A DNA stretch of 64,000 bases from Fistulifera solaris (Eukaryota). Location of the stretch: positions 1,922,001-1,986,000 of the forward strand of contig AP026126.1 in assembly GCA_030295235.1 (NCBI GenBank), read 5' to 3'. Positions within the stretch are counted from its first letter, which is position 1. Each line of letters starts with the position of its first letter. The position numbers and the translations under genes were made by a program. Of the stretch, positions 13,356 to 26,199 are shown in pieces. A model generated the notes under the pieces. It had not been told where the DNA came from, did no database searches, and saw only the letters and a list, made by a program, of their open reading frames with translations.

Positions 13356-13784
13356 ATGTCACTCCCTTTACCGGCTAAGAGTCTCTATGATCGCCTCGGC
13401 GGTGTCGAAGCTGTTCGAGCAGTTGTAGACGAATTCTACAAGCGACTAGTTGTCGACCAGAAGCTTGCGATATTCTTTGCAGATGCAAACGTCGGCAAAC
13501 TCAAGATACATCAGCTGCAGTTTCTCAAAGTTGCGTTCACTGAGATTCCGAAGGATATGGATATTGTTGGAATCATGATTGCAAAGCATGAGGCTTTGTT
13601 CCGAGACAAGGGTTTGAATGCCGATCATTTCGACATTGTTGCCAGTCATTTGGTCGGAGCATGCAAGCATTTAGGCGTCTCTGATGAGATGGTGCAAGAA
13701 GCGGCAGCTATCGTAGTCCCCCTACGTGTCGCATTCGAACAAGGTGCCGCGTTGCACGGAGGAAATAGCAAGGAGGGAGCTTAA
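13356..13784 (+). CDS. Group I truncated (2/2) hemoglobin, single domain
   Basis: SLYDRLGGVEAVRAVVDEFYKRL (Gly-Gly motif, TyrB10), FF at CD1, KIHQ, proximal His in AKHEAL, HFDIVASHL. Confidence 0.9.
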   Translation: MSLPLPAKSLYDRLGGVEAVRAVVDEFYKRLVVDQKLAIFFADANVGKLKIHQLQFLKVAFTEIPKDMDIVGIMIAKHEALFRDKGLNADHFDIVASHLVGACKHLGVSDEMVQEAAAIVVPLRVAFEQGAALHGGNSKEGA

Positions 13785-14366
13785 GGTTTATTTCAGCACT
13801 ACAAAGTATTCATTGTGTGTAGCTTGCTTGTAGCTACGACTACCATACCTTTACTTCTCGTTATTTCTCGTTGCATGCAATTTCTATCGTCCCACATACA
13901 GTCTAATCGATCGGTAGTCCTTTTGCAAAAAGGTGCTGTGGCTATTCGTTTGTTGGTGGTCGGCCATCGATGGAAAGGTAACCTTCTAACGTAGCTGGTA
14001 GGTGCGGTACGGGTACCTATAGTAGATACAAGGGGTATCTTAGTATCTGCACGCAGTAGTTGATTAATGGTAAACGCTCCATATATCCGTATCTGGGACT
14101 CAACCAATACTTTGTAAGAACAACAGACACAAGACACCAAAGGAGCACAAGGGTGAACCAAGATGAAAGTACTACGTACATTTCAAACTCAAGAGTCAAG
14201 AGAGTCGACCGTCGACCCTGACTTAGATGCCAGAGGTGCAGTTTGCTGATGCTATCAAAAATTCATCAAACTTCCGGCAGCAACACGATGTCCACTTCCA
14301 CTATTTTTCATCCTTTCACGAAATGAAGCAATAAAATCATCGTTGCGCCACTTCAGCCAAGCGATC

Positions 14367-15201
14367 ATGTGCCCGCCTCCTTCCGCAAGTCTTTATGATC
14401 GTCTCGGTGGCGTCGAATCCGTTCGAGCAGTCGTTAACGAATTCTATGAACGCCTTGTCGCCGACGACACACTCTCCAAATTCTTCGATGGCGTCAAAGT
14501 CCCTGCGCTCAAGATACACCAGCTTGAGTTTCTTAAAATAGCATTCACTGACATTCCGAAGGATCTAGATGTTATTGCACTGATGATCGAGAAGCATGAG
14601 GCTTTGTTTCGCGATAAAGGATTGAATGCCGAGCACTTTGACCTTGTTGCCGGCCATTTGGTTAACACGTGCAAAGACTTGGGGGTAGCCGACGAGCTGA
14701 TTGATGAAGCTGTAGCAATTGTAGTTCCACTTCGTATTGCGTTCGAGCAGGGTGCGGAAATGTACGGTGGAACTCGCACTGAGGAAGAAACGAAGGACGA
14801 AGGGCCAGATTCACTTCACCAAGGAACTCTCCTTTCAAAGCTAGGAGGGACTAATGCAATCAAAGCGGCAGTAGAAGAAATGTACAAGCGCTTGGTGGAT
14901 GATCCTGAAACAGCTATCTTTTTGAAGAGATCAATATGGCTTTTCTTAAGCAACACCAGCTCGACTTTATGAAAATAGCTTTCACTGTAGTTCCGGAAGA
15001 TCTTGATGTGCCTGGTCTGTTGAAAGAAAAACATGCTTCGCTTTTCAAAAAGGACTCAATGAGAAACACTTTGACATTGTTGCTAAGCATTTTGTGGGTG
15101 CGATGAATCAATTGAATGTTCCACAAGAACTTATCGATGAAGCCGTTTCTATCATTGGTCCTCTCCGTGTGGTTTTTGAAGAAGGAACTGAGACTGCATA
15201 G
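14367..15201 (+). CDS. Group I truncated hemoglobin, two tandem globin domains (second domain frameshifted in assembly)
   Basis: Domain 1: SLYDRLGG...EFYERL...KIHQ...EKHEAL. Domain 2: TLLSKLGG...EEMYKRL...KQHQLDFMKIAF...EKHASLF...HFDIVAKH, ending TAG at 15199-15201. Confidence 0.85.
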
Positions 15202-15347
15202 GTTAGGCAATTCTGCTAGTGAACATGTAACAATTAAGGAGTTTTATCTTAATCTCTCGGGTCAATTCTTTTCTATAACCAGCTCTAGATAGAGCACGAA
15301 GATCGATTGCGTTTAAGAAAGAGATCCGCCGTGGATCTCTTGGGGCT

Positions 15348-16783
15348 TTATTTTACTCCAACCATCTGACGTTGAATGTCCGTTTCTCTGTCTGCGGTGT
15401 CCCTTTCCTCCTCTTCTCCTAATGTTGAAGGGGCGTCTGATTCTGTCCCGATCTGCGGCGGAGAAATTGTTTCATTGCTACTTGAACCTTCACAAAGACC
15501 ACCTCCATTGGGCCAAAAACAAGCATAGCCCAACATGCTCAACCCCCAGGACGCGATGATCGACCACCGCTTCCCACCTGCCATATTTCTTTCAAATCGC
15601 GCGCTAGCTGCGGTCGACAATGAGTGACAGCCGTGTTAATTTTGTGAAATAGCTTAAATGGTTCAATCGGTGCAAGCGCATTTACAGCCGTTTTACATGC
15701 CCATCCCGGAACATCATTTCCTGGATTAGCATGCGCAATCAATGCTATTCGCGTGCGCTCGGGATCGCCGGGGTCTTTGCTAATGTAGGTGGCTCCCCGG
15801 AAGGCATAGGCGGTGGCTGGTATGTCTTCAAATTTGTCACACGCTTGGTTCACCACAACCTCCGTACCGTCTCGTAACCATCGATGATGGCAGAAGGAAA
15901 TAAGCTGACGTGGTTTGATGAACAGTATTTGCGGCGTTTCTCCCAAACAGACCTTGGAGGAGGGCGTTATTTCCTGCAAGTCTTTGTATTTGTCAATCAA
16001 ATCATTGTAGTCGCCCATGTGTTGCTCTTGCGACAAATAAAGACAAACTTCTTCGAGTGGGGCGTCAATGGTACTGTATATCTTAATGCACGGATACTCT
16101 CGATCGTCTTTTGGGTTAGCGAAACGCGGACCTCGGGAATCTCTCATCCAACGAATAAAAGCCCGTGTTCGGCCATCTTTGTTGATGGCTCCACGCAACA
16201 CACGACTGCATTGTACTTCCGTCCAGTTGTCATCGTCGGGTCCAAACAACATTTCCTCGGCCCACTGCTCCACTTGTTCTCCAACTCCTTCGAATTGGCG
16301 CTGTAATTCTTTCCGGCGTGCTAATACCGACAGTTGCTGGTCTCCTTGCGGAGGTGCTGTGCCGGCTTCTCCTTGTTTCAAATTGTGAATTTCCTGGCGT
16401 AATAACTCTAATTCTTTTCGCATCGACTTGATTTCTTGCAGTGTTTCTATCATAGTGTCTCTGAGTGCTATTGTTCTTTTGGTGGAAGGAGCGTGTCGAG
16501 TATTTTGTGGCGTGAGTCCATAATAGACACCCAACGACGATGCTTGTAACTTCTGTCGTAATTGTTTCTTAGATGGCAACGTCAAGCGAACGTCTTGCAC
16601 TTCGGCTACTTTTCGACGGAGTTGTTTGTGAACGGCTAATGTCGATCGTAGCAAGCCACTGGTGATACCGTTATTAAAAAATGTATGCACGGCGTGATGC
16701 ACCGTCGGCCCTCTGTGTGAAGCGTCGGCACACGAAAGGAGTAGAGGCACAGCGTATAGAAGAAAATTACATCGTCGCTTCAT
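15348..16783 (-). CDS. START (lipid-binding) domain protein with signal peptide and coiled coil
   Basis: Signal peptide, a coiled coil, then START-like motifs (IDAPLEEV, FIKPRQLISF, IAHANPGNDVPGW). The C-terminus continues in the 15348-15620 frame. Confidence 0.8.
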
Positions 16784-17250
16784 TCTTATAACTGCTACTT
16801 TCTATTTTATTATTGCGTTTGTGAGAAGCAAGTCGATCGATGTAATAGAGCGAAGGCTTCTCTCTTTTTATCGTCCTTTTGACAATCGAAAGAAGATGGC
16901 AATAAAACTTCAAGCGTGTCGAACCTCGAAGGCCTTCTATCGTTCTTTCTCTCCTTAAATCTTGAGTGACGCGGACGACACGCAAGAACTGTCGTAGCGA
17001 GTTCTGTATTTACAGATCCTTGCTTGGCTTGCTTGCTTGCTTGCTTGATCCGGTATTTGGCGTCTGGCCACGAGCCGCCTCGCTCGTATTTTCGTCCGCC
17101 ACGGCGTATATTTTCGCGTCGCTTGTTTTGTATCGACCATGCGATGATAATCAACAACTTCTTGTCCAGCTTTGTATCAAAACACTCGACTTCTCAACAA
17201 ATACTTGTTCATATTCATAACAATTTCACTCACACTCTCACAAGTCTGTC

Positions 17251-18295
17251 ATGGATCTGTATCAACAATCACAAGACAAAATTAACCGCGAACTCTTCGT
17301 CGGAAACACACCACCAGGAACCTCAGAACTACTGTTGATGCACTTTTTCAATGCTGCGTTGCGTCGTGTGCGGCTGTGTGCACCGAACGATACGCCGGTT
17401 TTAAACAGTCGTGTCAACAGTAAATTCGCTTTTGTGGAATTGGCTTCGGCAGAAATGGCGAACCGAGCTTTGCAATTGAACGGAATCCCCTTTCTCGGAG
17501 GGACTTTACTCAAAGTTAGTCGTCCTTCGAAATATATGGGTCCTCCGGATCCTCCCTCACAAGTCATGGCAAGAATTGACGGGACAGAATCTTCCGGATG
17601 GTGCTTTCCTGGATGCGGAACAAGAAAAGATCCGGCGAGAACTATTCATTGGCAATACGACTCCGGAAATGACAGAAAGTATGTTGCGCGAATTCTTAGG
17701 AAATGCTTTGCAGCAAGTAGGATTGGCCATGGGACCTGGAAATCCCATTAATACGTGTCGCGTTTCGGGGAAATTCGCATTCATTGAGCTACGAACCGCG
17801 GCGGAAGCGGCACAAGCGCTCAATCTCAACAATATTCCGTTTTTGGGAACGGCGCTTCGTGTCGGGAGACCGAGTAAATATACGGGACCGCCGGATGTGC
17901 ACGGCAACTGGGAAGATATTCTCGCCAAATACATGTCGGGAGAGTTACTTTTGCCGAATGCCCCACAACCACCACCGCCACCACCGGCGGCGGCATATAC
18001 GTCTCGCGTAGTGCAACTCAAGAATATGCTATCGCCGCAAGATTTAGAAGATCCTGAAGAGTATGAAGATATTATGCAGGATACAAGAGAAGAATGCTCT
18101 AAATTTGGAAATTTGTTGCAAGTCATGATTCCGCGGAAAGGGGAAGTGGGTGCTACTCAAATATTTTTGGAGTATGGGTCGGCGGATGAAGCAAACGCTG
18201 CTATACTCGGTTTGAGAGGGCGCACCTTTGACGGAAGATTGGTCGAAGCTACTTTTTTCGATGAAGCGAAATTCGCGGCAAGAGACTTTTCTTAA
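17251..18295 (+). CDS. U2AF large subunit (U2AF65)-like protein: RRM-RRM-UHM
   Basis: RELFVGN...KFAFVEL twice, then UHM SRVVQLKNML...EYEDIMQDTREECSKFG...GRTFDGRLV. One frameshift near 17555. Confidence 0.85.
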
Positions 18296-18493
18296 TTGTT
18301 GAAGCAATGCGTCCCTTCTTGCGGACCGGCATCTTGGTGCTTTCTCGTGCTCCGGTCCCTCAACAATGGAAAGAATCTTGGATACGCACCAGGTAACAAG
18401 CATTTAAAAAGTAGCGACACAACTTACATACATAATAAAAATGCGACCTGTCAGCTGATCTATGGCGTTTACAAGCTAAATTACCGTTTTGTA

Positions 18494-21400
18494 TCACTGT
18501 GCCAACCGACCCAACATTTCATCGGCCAGAAGCTGAATCTCATTTGAGTTACACAACGTCTTTACATTTAGCACGCGTCGGGTGTCTTTCAACTTTCCAG
18601 CTTCTTCCAATGCACGCTTCCACAAAGACGCCTCGCAGAACAGATCATATCTTTCTTCATTGGCCGAGACGCGATCAATGTATTTCAGAATCTCGGCAGA
18701 ACTTTGTTTGCCTCGTATAGCGGCACGTGCAAAGGTTTGTAGCCAATCGGAGACTTTGTCTTCGACTCGGATAGTATTCGCAGATTGCTCCATTGCTGAC
18801 TTTCGGCGAGAGCGATTACTTGAATATGCCAAAATCGTTTCTCAGGGACTCGGTACTTTTTGGCAAGCTTCTCTGCATCCGAAAACAATCGGTGTTGATC
18901 ACGCATTTGAATAGCAGCAAATTTAATGACAGAAGCAATTGTGCTGGTAACAGATGAAGAAGGCGGAGCTACTTCGGGAGCGTTGTGTTTTGTACGTAGC
19001 GTTTCTTGATCGCGAATGAGTTCCGCATAGTCATCCGTCGAGGCCTTATGCAGAGCAGTATCCTTACCCAAACCAAAGATACGAGATGCCTCCTGTAGTT
19101 GCGATAATTAAACAGAGATAAAAACAAAGCAGCATTAGGCAGCTGGGCTTCAATCCACATTGAACCTTATGTTACTCACCGCTAGCAAGCCCTGTTTTTC
19201 ACGGGCATCGTGCTCTTGTAGTGCTCGTTGTGCCATCGCCGTTCCAGCTGCAGCAAACTGTTGTGCTCTGATCAGAAGATTCGTGACACTTTTTACATCA
19301 GCCGTAGTCTGAAGGTAGCGGCGTAAAGTATGGAAGCCTTCAGGTGTGAATTTGGAAACAACCATTCCGAGAAAAGCGGCTTGCGCTTTTGAAACATCAC
19401 TGGAATTTGCTAAACACGATCGTTCATACTCCATGAGAGAGCTGAATATAAAATCCAAATCGCTGCGGAAAAGAGAGGCAAGCGTCAGAAAAAAAAACGT
19501 ACACAGTAATAATATTGTTGTGCACTTACCGAGCTTGTGTCGCTACCGCCATGGCATCGGCGTAAGCACCTGTTGAAAGCAACGCGGGCACTTTATCTAC
19601 CACACTTGTTTCTAAGAGCAACAACAGATTAGCAACACCCGGCCGACCAGCTTGGTTCGCCGCCATGGCGACCGTAGCATAAGCTCCTCTATGCAGCGAA
19701 TGGTCGCCTGCGCCTCCAAGAATGATTTCTGTGGCGACCTCGGCAACTTGTGCGTCTGTACCTTCCGCCGCCATCACGTAAGCCGCGGCTTTGGAAGCAC
19801 GAGCAAAGATTTGCACGGATTTTGGTAGACCTAAGTATTGCGATATGCTACACGCCAGTGCCGGTCTTTGTAAAGCGATGAGTCTGGCAACGACGCCTAT
19901 TGGTGTCATGGTGTCGTATTGAGCGCTCGTCGCTATCCAGCCAACATTGGGGTGACGAAGCCGATTTAATACGCGAAGCTTTCTTGCTGCCACAACAAAC
20001 TCTTGGGCAGTTGGCGATGGTTGAACTACACCTTTTGCCTCGATGCTTTTATAGGAAAAGTGCATCCCATAAGATGCAGCTCGCAGTAGACGTTTCTGTT
20101 GTACAATGTCGAACTCCCTTGTCGCTGCCTCTAGGCAAGTTTCAACAGCTGGTATCAATTGATCGGAAGCAGCTATATCTCTGACTGTGTTATCATCCGC
20201 GCTCGTTCCTGAATAAAAGGCATCTGCAGCATCCACGAGCATCGCGGAGGTTTCGATTGAACCAATACTTAACATTTGGGCCGTTACAGGTGGTACACGT
20301 TGCAAAATCTCAATAGCAGAGTCTGTGATAACGCGGCAGCAATCGATTTCGGGAACTAAGTACACTGTGTCGTCTTCATACGGAAATCTTAACCAGTCTC
20401 CATAGGGACCAACCATAAGGACACCCAAGCCTTTCCAGTGCAAGACCACACTGACACGAGCAAAAATAAAAGTGTCAGCAATTTAGTCGGCTCTTTCCAC
20501 CACAGCACGCAAAGGTTAAGACTTACCTGTCTTCTCCGCACCACTCCATCTGCGATGGGACTTGTTGTGACCCTTCAGATGTATCAAAATCAAGCACTTT
20601 CGTTTCAAAAGACGTTGAAATGACAGTCAAAATACACGATTCGGTAAAACATGCCAGAAAGCGTCCGTTCGGAGCAAAGACCATATCCACAATGGGGCTG
20701 TTGACGCGCACTCGGCAATCGACGTCTGTCATTTTGATTGTGGAGACCTCAACTACAATGACCGAGTTATCCGATGTCGATAAGAAGAGTTCTGGATGCT
20801 GCGAAGTCGTTCTTAAGCGTGAGAAAACCGCCAACGTCGAAAACGTACAAAAGTGGCGCTTCGCGTATTCCGAAGTTGGCAAAATGGTAACTAATGCATA
20901 GTGCGACAAATCATCTGATTCAATTCGTCGCGCAGACAAATGAGATGTTTGTGAATACTCCTCTTCGTCGTGATGGTCAAGTAATTCGGCAATCGCGGCA
21001 TCTTGATTCTTTGTCAAAACGGCAACACCACCTTCGTAGACCTTAGCTTGAAGAAGAGGAATCGATTCTTGACAGACATAGAATGGCTGCAACAGAGCTT
21101 GCCCTTTCAGATTGTACGTGAAGCAGAGTGAATCATTGAGAACCACAACGAGTGTCGTGCGGCTCGTGAAGCCCAGACATAGAATATCTACCGCATTATA
21201 TCGTTCTCGATAGTCCGCGGGAGGAAACTCTTGTTGCGACAAAATCTGCCCCGAATTCGTCAAAATACGGAGTTGTGTCGTACGAAAGGAATCTGTCAAA
21301 GGTACTGTGCATGTGGCAATTGGTCCACCGTGAGGACACGCTTTGACGTGAGTTTGTGTTGTTGTCTGGTACCAATTGCGAATCTCCTTGGGATCTACCA

Positions 21401-21650
21401 AATGCTGCGGCTTCGAAAGTCCTTGAGGATACCATGCCAGACAATTCTGCTGCATAGATGACGGACAAGATGAACGCCATTGTACATGAGAATAAATAGG
21501 GATGCGACGGTAAGGCAAATCACCCAGATATTGCCATGATGCTTCGGCCGGTGAAGCAGAGAACTCTTTGTCTTCCACGGAGGATTGTTCCGTATATGCC
21601 GTTTCGGTCTCCAAAATTGGGTCGTCGAAAGGATTAGATGAAGCTACCAT
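18494..21650 (-). CDS. VPS16: Vacuolar protein sorting 16 (HOPS/CORVET), multi-exon
   Basis: ACPHGGPIA, PSQMEWCGED|SVVLHW, PEIDCCRVIT, QKRLLRAASYG, KYRVPEKRFWHI and KSPIGYKP(F). Confidence 0.92.
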
Positions 21651-22179
21651 GATTTTTAAATGTTACTTCTTTTTGAGCATTGATTGGGGAAGATCATTCT
21701 TTGTTATCTCGCGTAAGAAACGGCGCATTTGTTTTTGTGTTGTCGTTCTGCTTGTTGCCATACTGGTGCGCGATGCAGATGCAGCAGATTTTATTGTATA
21801 GACCCCAGTGTAAGCGACCTTTTTTTACGAATGGATTTCAGTCATGAGTCACGAGACATGAGATATGAATAATTCTAACTACTTATACGCACATCAGAAA
21901 CCGCAACACCAATAAAGACAATACATGCTCGTGAATAATCTTTTGTGTGATCGTTGTAAAATTATTTAATACGAAGAGCTGCGGTTCTTGGTAAAAGTCA
22001 TCGTATAAAAAAGAAGCAACGTGACTTTCAGTCCAGTCGGAAGTGTGTAAGGTTGCTAACTGACAAAAACAAGTAGAAGGTCGCCGTCGGCAACTCTGAA
22101 CACTTTGAGGACCTCAATACAAGGGGAATTACGAAGACTTAACACAGATGCTGTTTCAAATAAGGATAAAATTTATATG

Positions 22180-23702
22180 TTACGATTGACGTTGAAGATG
22201 AGCAGGAGCCGAGAATTGACCCATAGACGATGCCGCAGCCAAGTCGGCCAAAGACGCCTCTCGAGAACCCCCCTCCGAAGCTATTGAGACTCAGCAATGA
22301 CGATAAGCGGTTCGAACTGCCCAACAAGCCACCGAACGAAAGAGTACTGTTCTCCGGAAAAATGGCTGTAGACGACGGAAGACGGTTCAACAAGTGACTT
22401 GACATACCTCCGCGGCCACTGTTGTTGTTATTGTCATTGCTTCCCTGAAAGCCCGGGTGCGAGTTCAGCAAGGACTGCAAGTTTGCCGCCGAGTCGAACA
22501 TATTGGTACTGGTTTGGTTCGACGATGCCGCCGCATCCATGGCAGCCGTGGCGGGGTTGCTCGAGTTGCTCTGAGCCTGCAACGCAGCCGTAGCAGAACT
22601 AAACCCCGAGTCGCCCGTGGTTTGATTGCTTTGCTTCAATTGCATAAAGTTCTGAAAGCTGTTGTTGCCATTGTTATTGCCTCCGTTTTGTCCCGCGAGA
22701 GCGGCTAATTGAGCTTGCAGCTGCTCAATACTGGCTGCTGTCTTACCGAAACTACTATTGCTACCCGATGCATTGGTGAATTGGCTTTGCTGATTCTGAC
22801 TATTTTCTGGAACCGGTGCGGGAGCGGGCATCGAATTAGAAGCACTTTGATTGACTGCAGCACGGAGCTGCTGATTCTGGAGTTCCTGCAATTGCTGTTG
22901 TTGCTGCTGAAGAGCCAGCAGACTGAGCTGTGCGTGAGGATTATTTTGCCCAAATTGAAGCTGTCCTAATCCAGCACGAAACGCATTCTCTTGTAAAAGA
23001 GCCATTGCGTTGGTGAGCGCTTGGCCATTGAGACCTCCCAAGTTTTGACCTGTAGCCGCAGCAAGGGCTTGCAAGTTCATACCGGCTAAAGCCGGGTTAA
23101 AAGCACCGATCATATCCGAAGCTCGCTGTTGCATAGCTGCTTTCCGTGCGGCAGAGCCGTTCGTCTTGCGCTTAATGAGCAACAAGCTACGAATGTCGGA
23201 CGTAGCAGCATCATTGACATACGAGCACGGACTCATCTTCCCCTTGCCAGCTATTTTACGAAAGCCAAAATAATTGAGTTGGCGCTGAAAGCTGGCAAAT
23301 TTACTATGACGGAAGCTAGCGTAAATATATGAGAGATGAATGGATAAACAAACAAACAACGGAAAGAGAGAGGTTAGAGAAACGGAAATAGAATGACTTC
23401 GCCATTGCGACCCACACGACTGCCGCTACTTACTACTTGTGCAAAACCTCTGCTTCAAGACGCTCCGGATAATGCACACGAATCCTTCCATCCGACCATT
23501 CAATCACCTCATTATTGTCGTCCGTCAACATTTTTGTGAGCTGGTATAAAAACTCGGCAATTGGGTGGTGCTGCCCATTGCGATCTTGGTATTCGTGCGC
23601 AGCATGTCGAAACTCTAGAGAATCGTCGCCGATGTTGAGATTTCCATTCTTGACAACATCCGAACCATCGATGTTTTGAATCTGAGGGGTATCGGCTTCC
23701 AT
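22180..23702 (-). CDS. Heat shock transcription factor with Q/N-rich C-terminal region, 2 exons
   Basis: [52 protein letters not shown]. The true C-terminus is inferred across a 2-nt slip ([18 protein letters not shown]...QS*). Confidence 0.9.
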
Positions 23703-24379
23703 GATGATGCTTTCCTTGACTTGGTTTGTCCATAAAAAGAGAAAGAAAATGAAGAACGAGGAACAGTGATTCTCTTCCGCGGCGAATGAATAGCGAAGGT
23801 CGTCGCTGCTCCCCAGCGATATCCAAAATTTCTCATTTCACGTAAAGTCTCCTAGGTTTTCTACGTGAATGTGTTGATTGTGCTTTGCGATGGCGATTTT
23901 ATCCGCTTCGATATCACTATAGCGATTTCCCACTATTTGAATGACGTGGCCTTCTACATTCTCTGCTTACGTGGGTCATTCTGAAAATGTCACAATTCAA
24001 AACAAAAGCCACTTCAAGTCATCAAGTCATACCCTTAACATTTCAATTTTATAGACAATGAGTACTGTGGTATTTTTTGTAGGCCTCCTATTTCCTTAAT
24101 GACGTAGGAACCGACGCACGGTCTACTATTTACTATGGAAGTGGCACAATGCTTGTCACTTGTCAGCTGTCAGTGAAGAACACTGTCGAATGGCGACATA
24201 CTTGGCTGTCGGTCAGACACTTTAAAGAATATTTTAATGCCTCTAAGACTACTACGTATTTATATCAGCAAAGGGCAAAGGGGAAAGAAAGATTTTTTCT
24301 TTTCCGTCGTACGCAAGGAAGAAACAAGCAAAAATATACGGAGTACCATTTGTTTAAAAGTAAGAAGTGAAGCGCAGCG

Positions 24380-25434
24380 ATGAACTATTTGCCTTCCTTC
24401 AAGAGATATCGTTCTATTTCCCTCGCATTGCTACTGCTAACATCACCCTCCTTGACGACTCAAGCTGCGGAAGACAATTGCTTTGCCATGAACAAGCCAA
24501 AAGTCAAAGATCTTACTTCAGACAACATCGTGGATCTTTTGGGAGGAATCTATGAACATTCTCAATGGGTTGCGCAAGAACTTGTAACAGCACATGATCC
24601 ATCATCTTTTAATAGCATTTCAGAACTTGCTGCTACCATGAAATCGATTGTGGATGGAGCATCGCGCGAACAAAAATGGATTTGCTGCTGAAGCACCCCG
24701 ACCTTTGTCAAAAAATAGAGCAAAGAAAGAAACTTACTGCAGACAGTCAAGCAGAGCAATCCAAGGCTGGCTTATCTGATCTCACTGCCGAGGAACTAGA
24801 GCTCTTTAATAAGTTGAACGACGAATACAAGGCAAAGTTCGGTTTTCCTTTTATTTTGGCCGTTCGGAATGCTTCGAAATACACCGTGTTGTCGGCTCTC
24901 GCTGGGCGCGTCAAGCATACAGTTGAAAAAGAGTTTGTCGACGCGCTAGCTCAAGTTCATAAGATTGCGTGGATGCGACTGCTGGACAAAATAGACTACT
25001 CGGATGCGAAAGGATTTTTGACTTGTCACGTGCTAGACACAGCGAACGGAATACCAGGTAAGAACCGGAATTTGGCTGAATGGGGCGACAATGTATATGC
25101 CGACTGCGCTCACTTCTATGTGTTCAGCGGAAAAATGAGAATCACGCTTCATCGATTGTCTGAACCAGCAGGGCTAGTAGGTGAATTTCTGACAAACGAT
25201 GATGGTCGCTTAGAAGGTGGACCTGCTCTAAAAGGTGGAGATCAGTTTATGGTTGGGGAATATGAATGGACTTTCTACGTTGCGGATTACTTTGCTTCTA
25301 AAGGAAACTTTGTTTCGGGAACACCCTTCTTGAATACCATTCCGCTAAGATTTGGAATTGACAATCCAGACGATCACTATCATGTCCCTTTGTTGGTTAG
25401 TCCGTGGGGATTTTCGACCTACAGAGGGTCGTGA
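24380..25434 (+). CDS. Bifunctional OHCU decarboxylase / 5-hydroxyisourate hydrolase (allantoin synthase, Urad-Urah fusion)
   Basis: GIYEHSQWVA, LLKHPDL, SQAEQSKAGL, YKAKFGFPFILAVR, then transthyretin-like LTCHVLDTANG...HYHVPLLVSPWGFSTYRGS. Intron 25058-25127 and two homopolymer slips. Confidence 0.93.
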
Positions 25435-26199
25435 GTTATTTGGACAGTAACATTTTGATTTTTTTCGCAGCGATTTAATTTGAAATCTTATTTTGCTTGG
25501 TCATTTTAGTAAATGCACAGCTCTTCCTTGGCCTTTGTGATTACGATGCGTTTATCTTCAGTAATTTGCTATGCACGCAACGATTATTTGTTTTGCGTCG
25601 ATTACCTGGTATCCTCGGGAACGTCGAAATTCGTATTAATTATGGACCCAACGCCTAGTACCACTGCATTTCAGTCATGAGTCATGAACGATGATTTTCT
25701 CCGAGTTGTGAGTCTGATTGCTACACTGGTGCCTGCCGTAAGCTCCGTCTACTTTCCTAGCTTGGTGAGCTGCATTTGACTCTTTCAAATTTTAAATTGC
25801 TTTTCGCAGCCAAGTATGATCATTATTTTTTACCATTCCGCTTATCAAGGGTGCACCACAATTTACTCTTTCTGAAAGACTAGATCTAAACACAAAAGAC
25901 TACTTATTTATCGATAGTATTCATGGTAGCTATAGGTTGTTCAGAGCTAAATATGTAAATAGACGGGAATGAATTGACAAGACCGATTGGAAAGTTCTCG
26001 AACACCTAAGAACCTCTTGGTCATTCATTCCCTCGTCGGCATTCCACTTTCATGGCTTCTTCATTATTTTGATAATGAACAATTCTCAAATACTTTTCTC
26101 ACATCAACCAAAGAATTGCTCTCATCAGCTATTTGCGTAGCAGGTAGCAAGGGCCACATCGCTTTTCCAGCGCGATAATCTTAAACAAATACATAGATA

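Noticed and set aside
17022..17047. (GCTT)n tract between the START and U2AF genes
   Set aside because: Ordinary short microsatellite.
25058..25127. Apparent in-frame retained intron in the HIU hydrolase domain (reminiscent of plant TTL alternative splicing)
   Set aside because: The intron is 70 nt; read-through looks in-frame only because of a compensating missing A in the poly-A run just after the acceptor.
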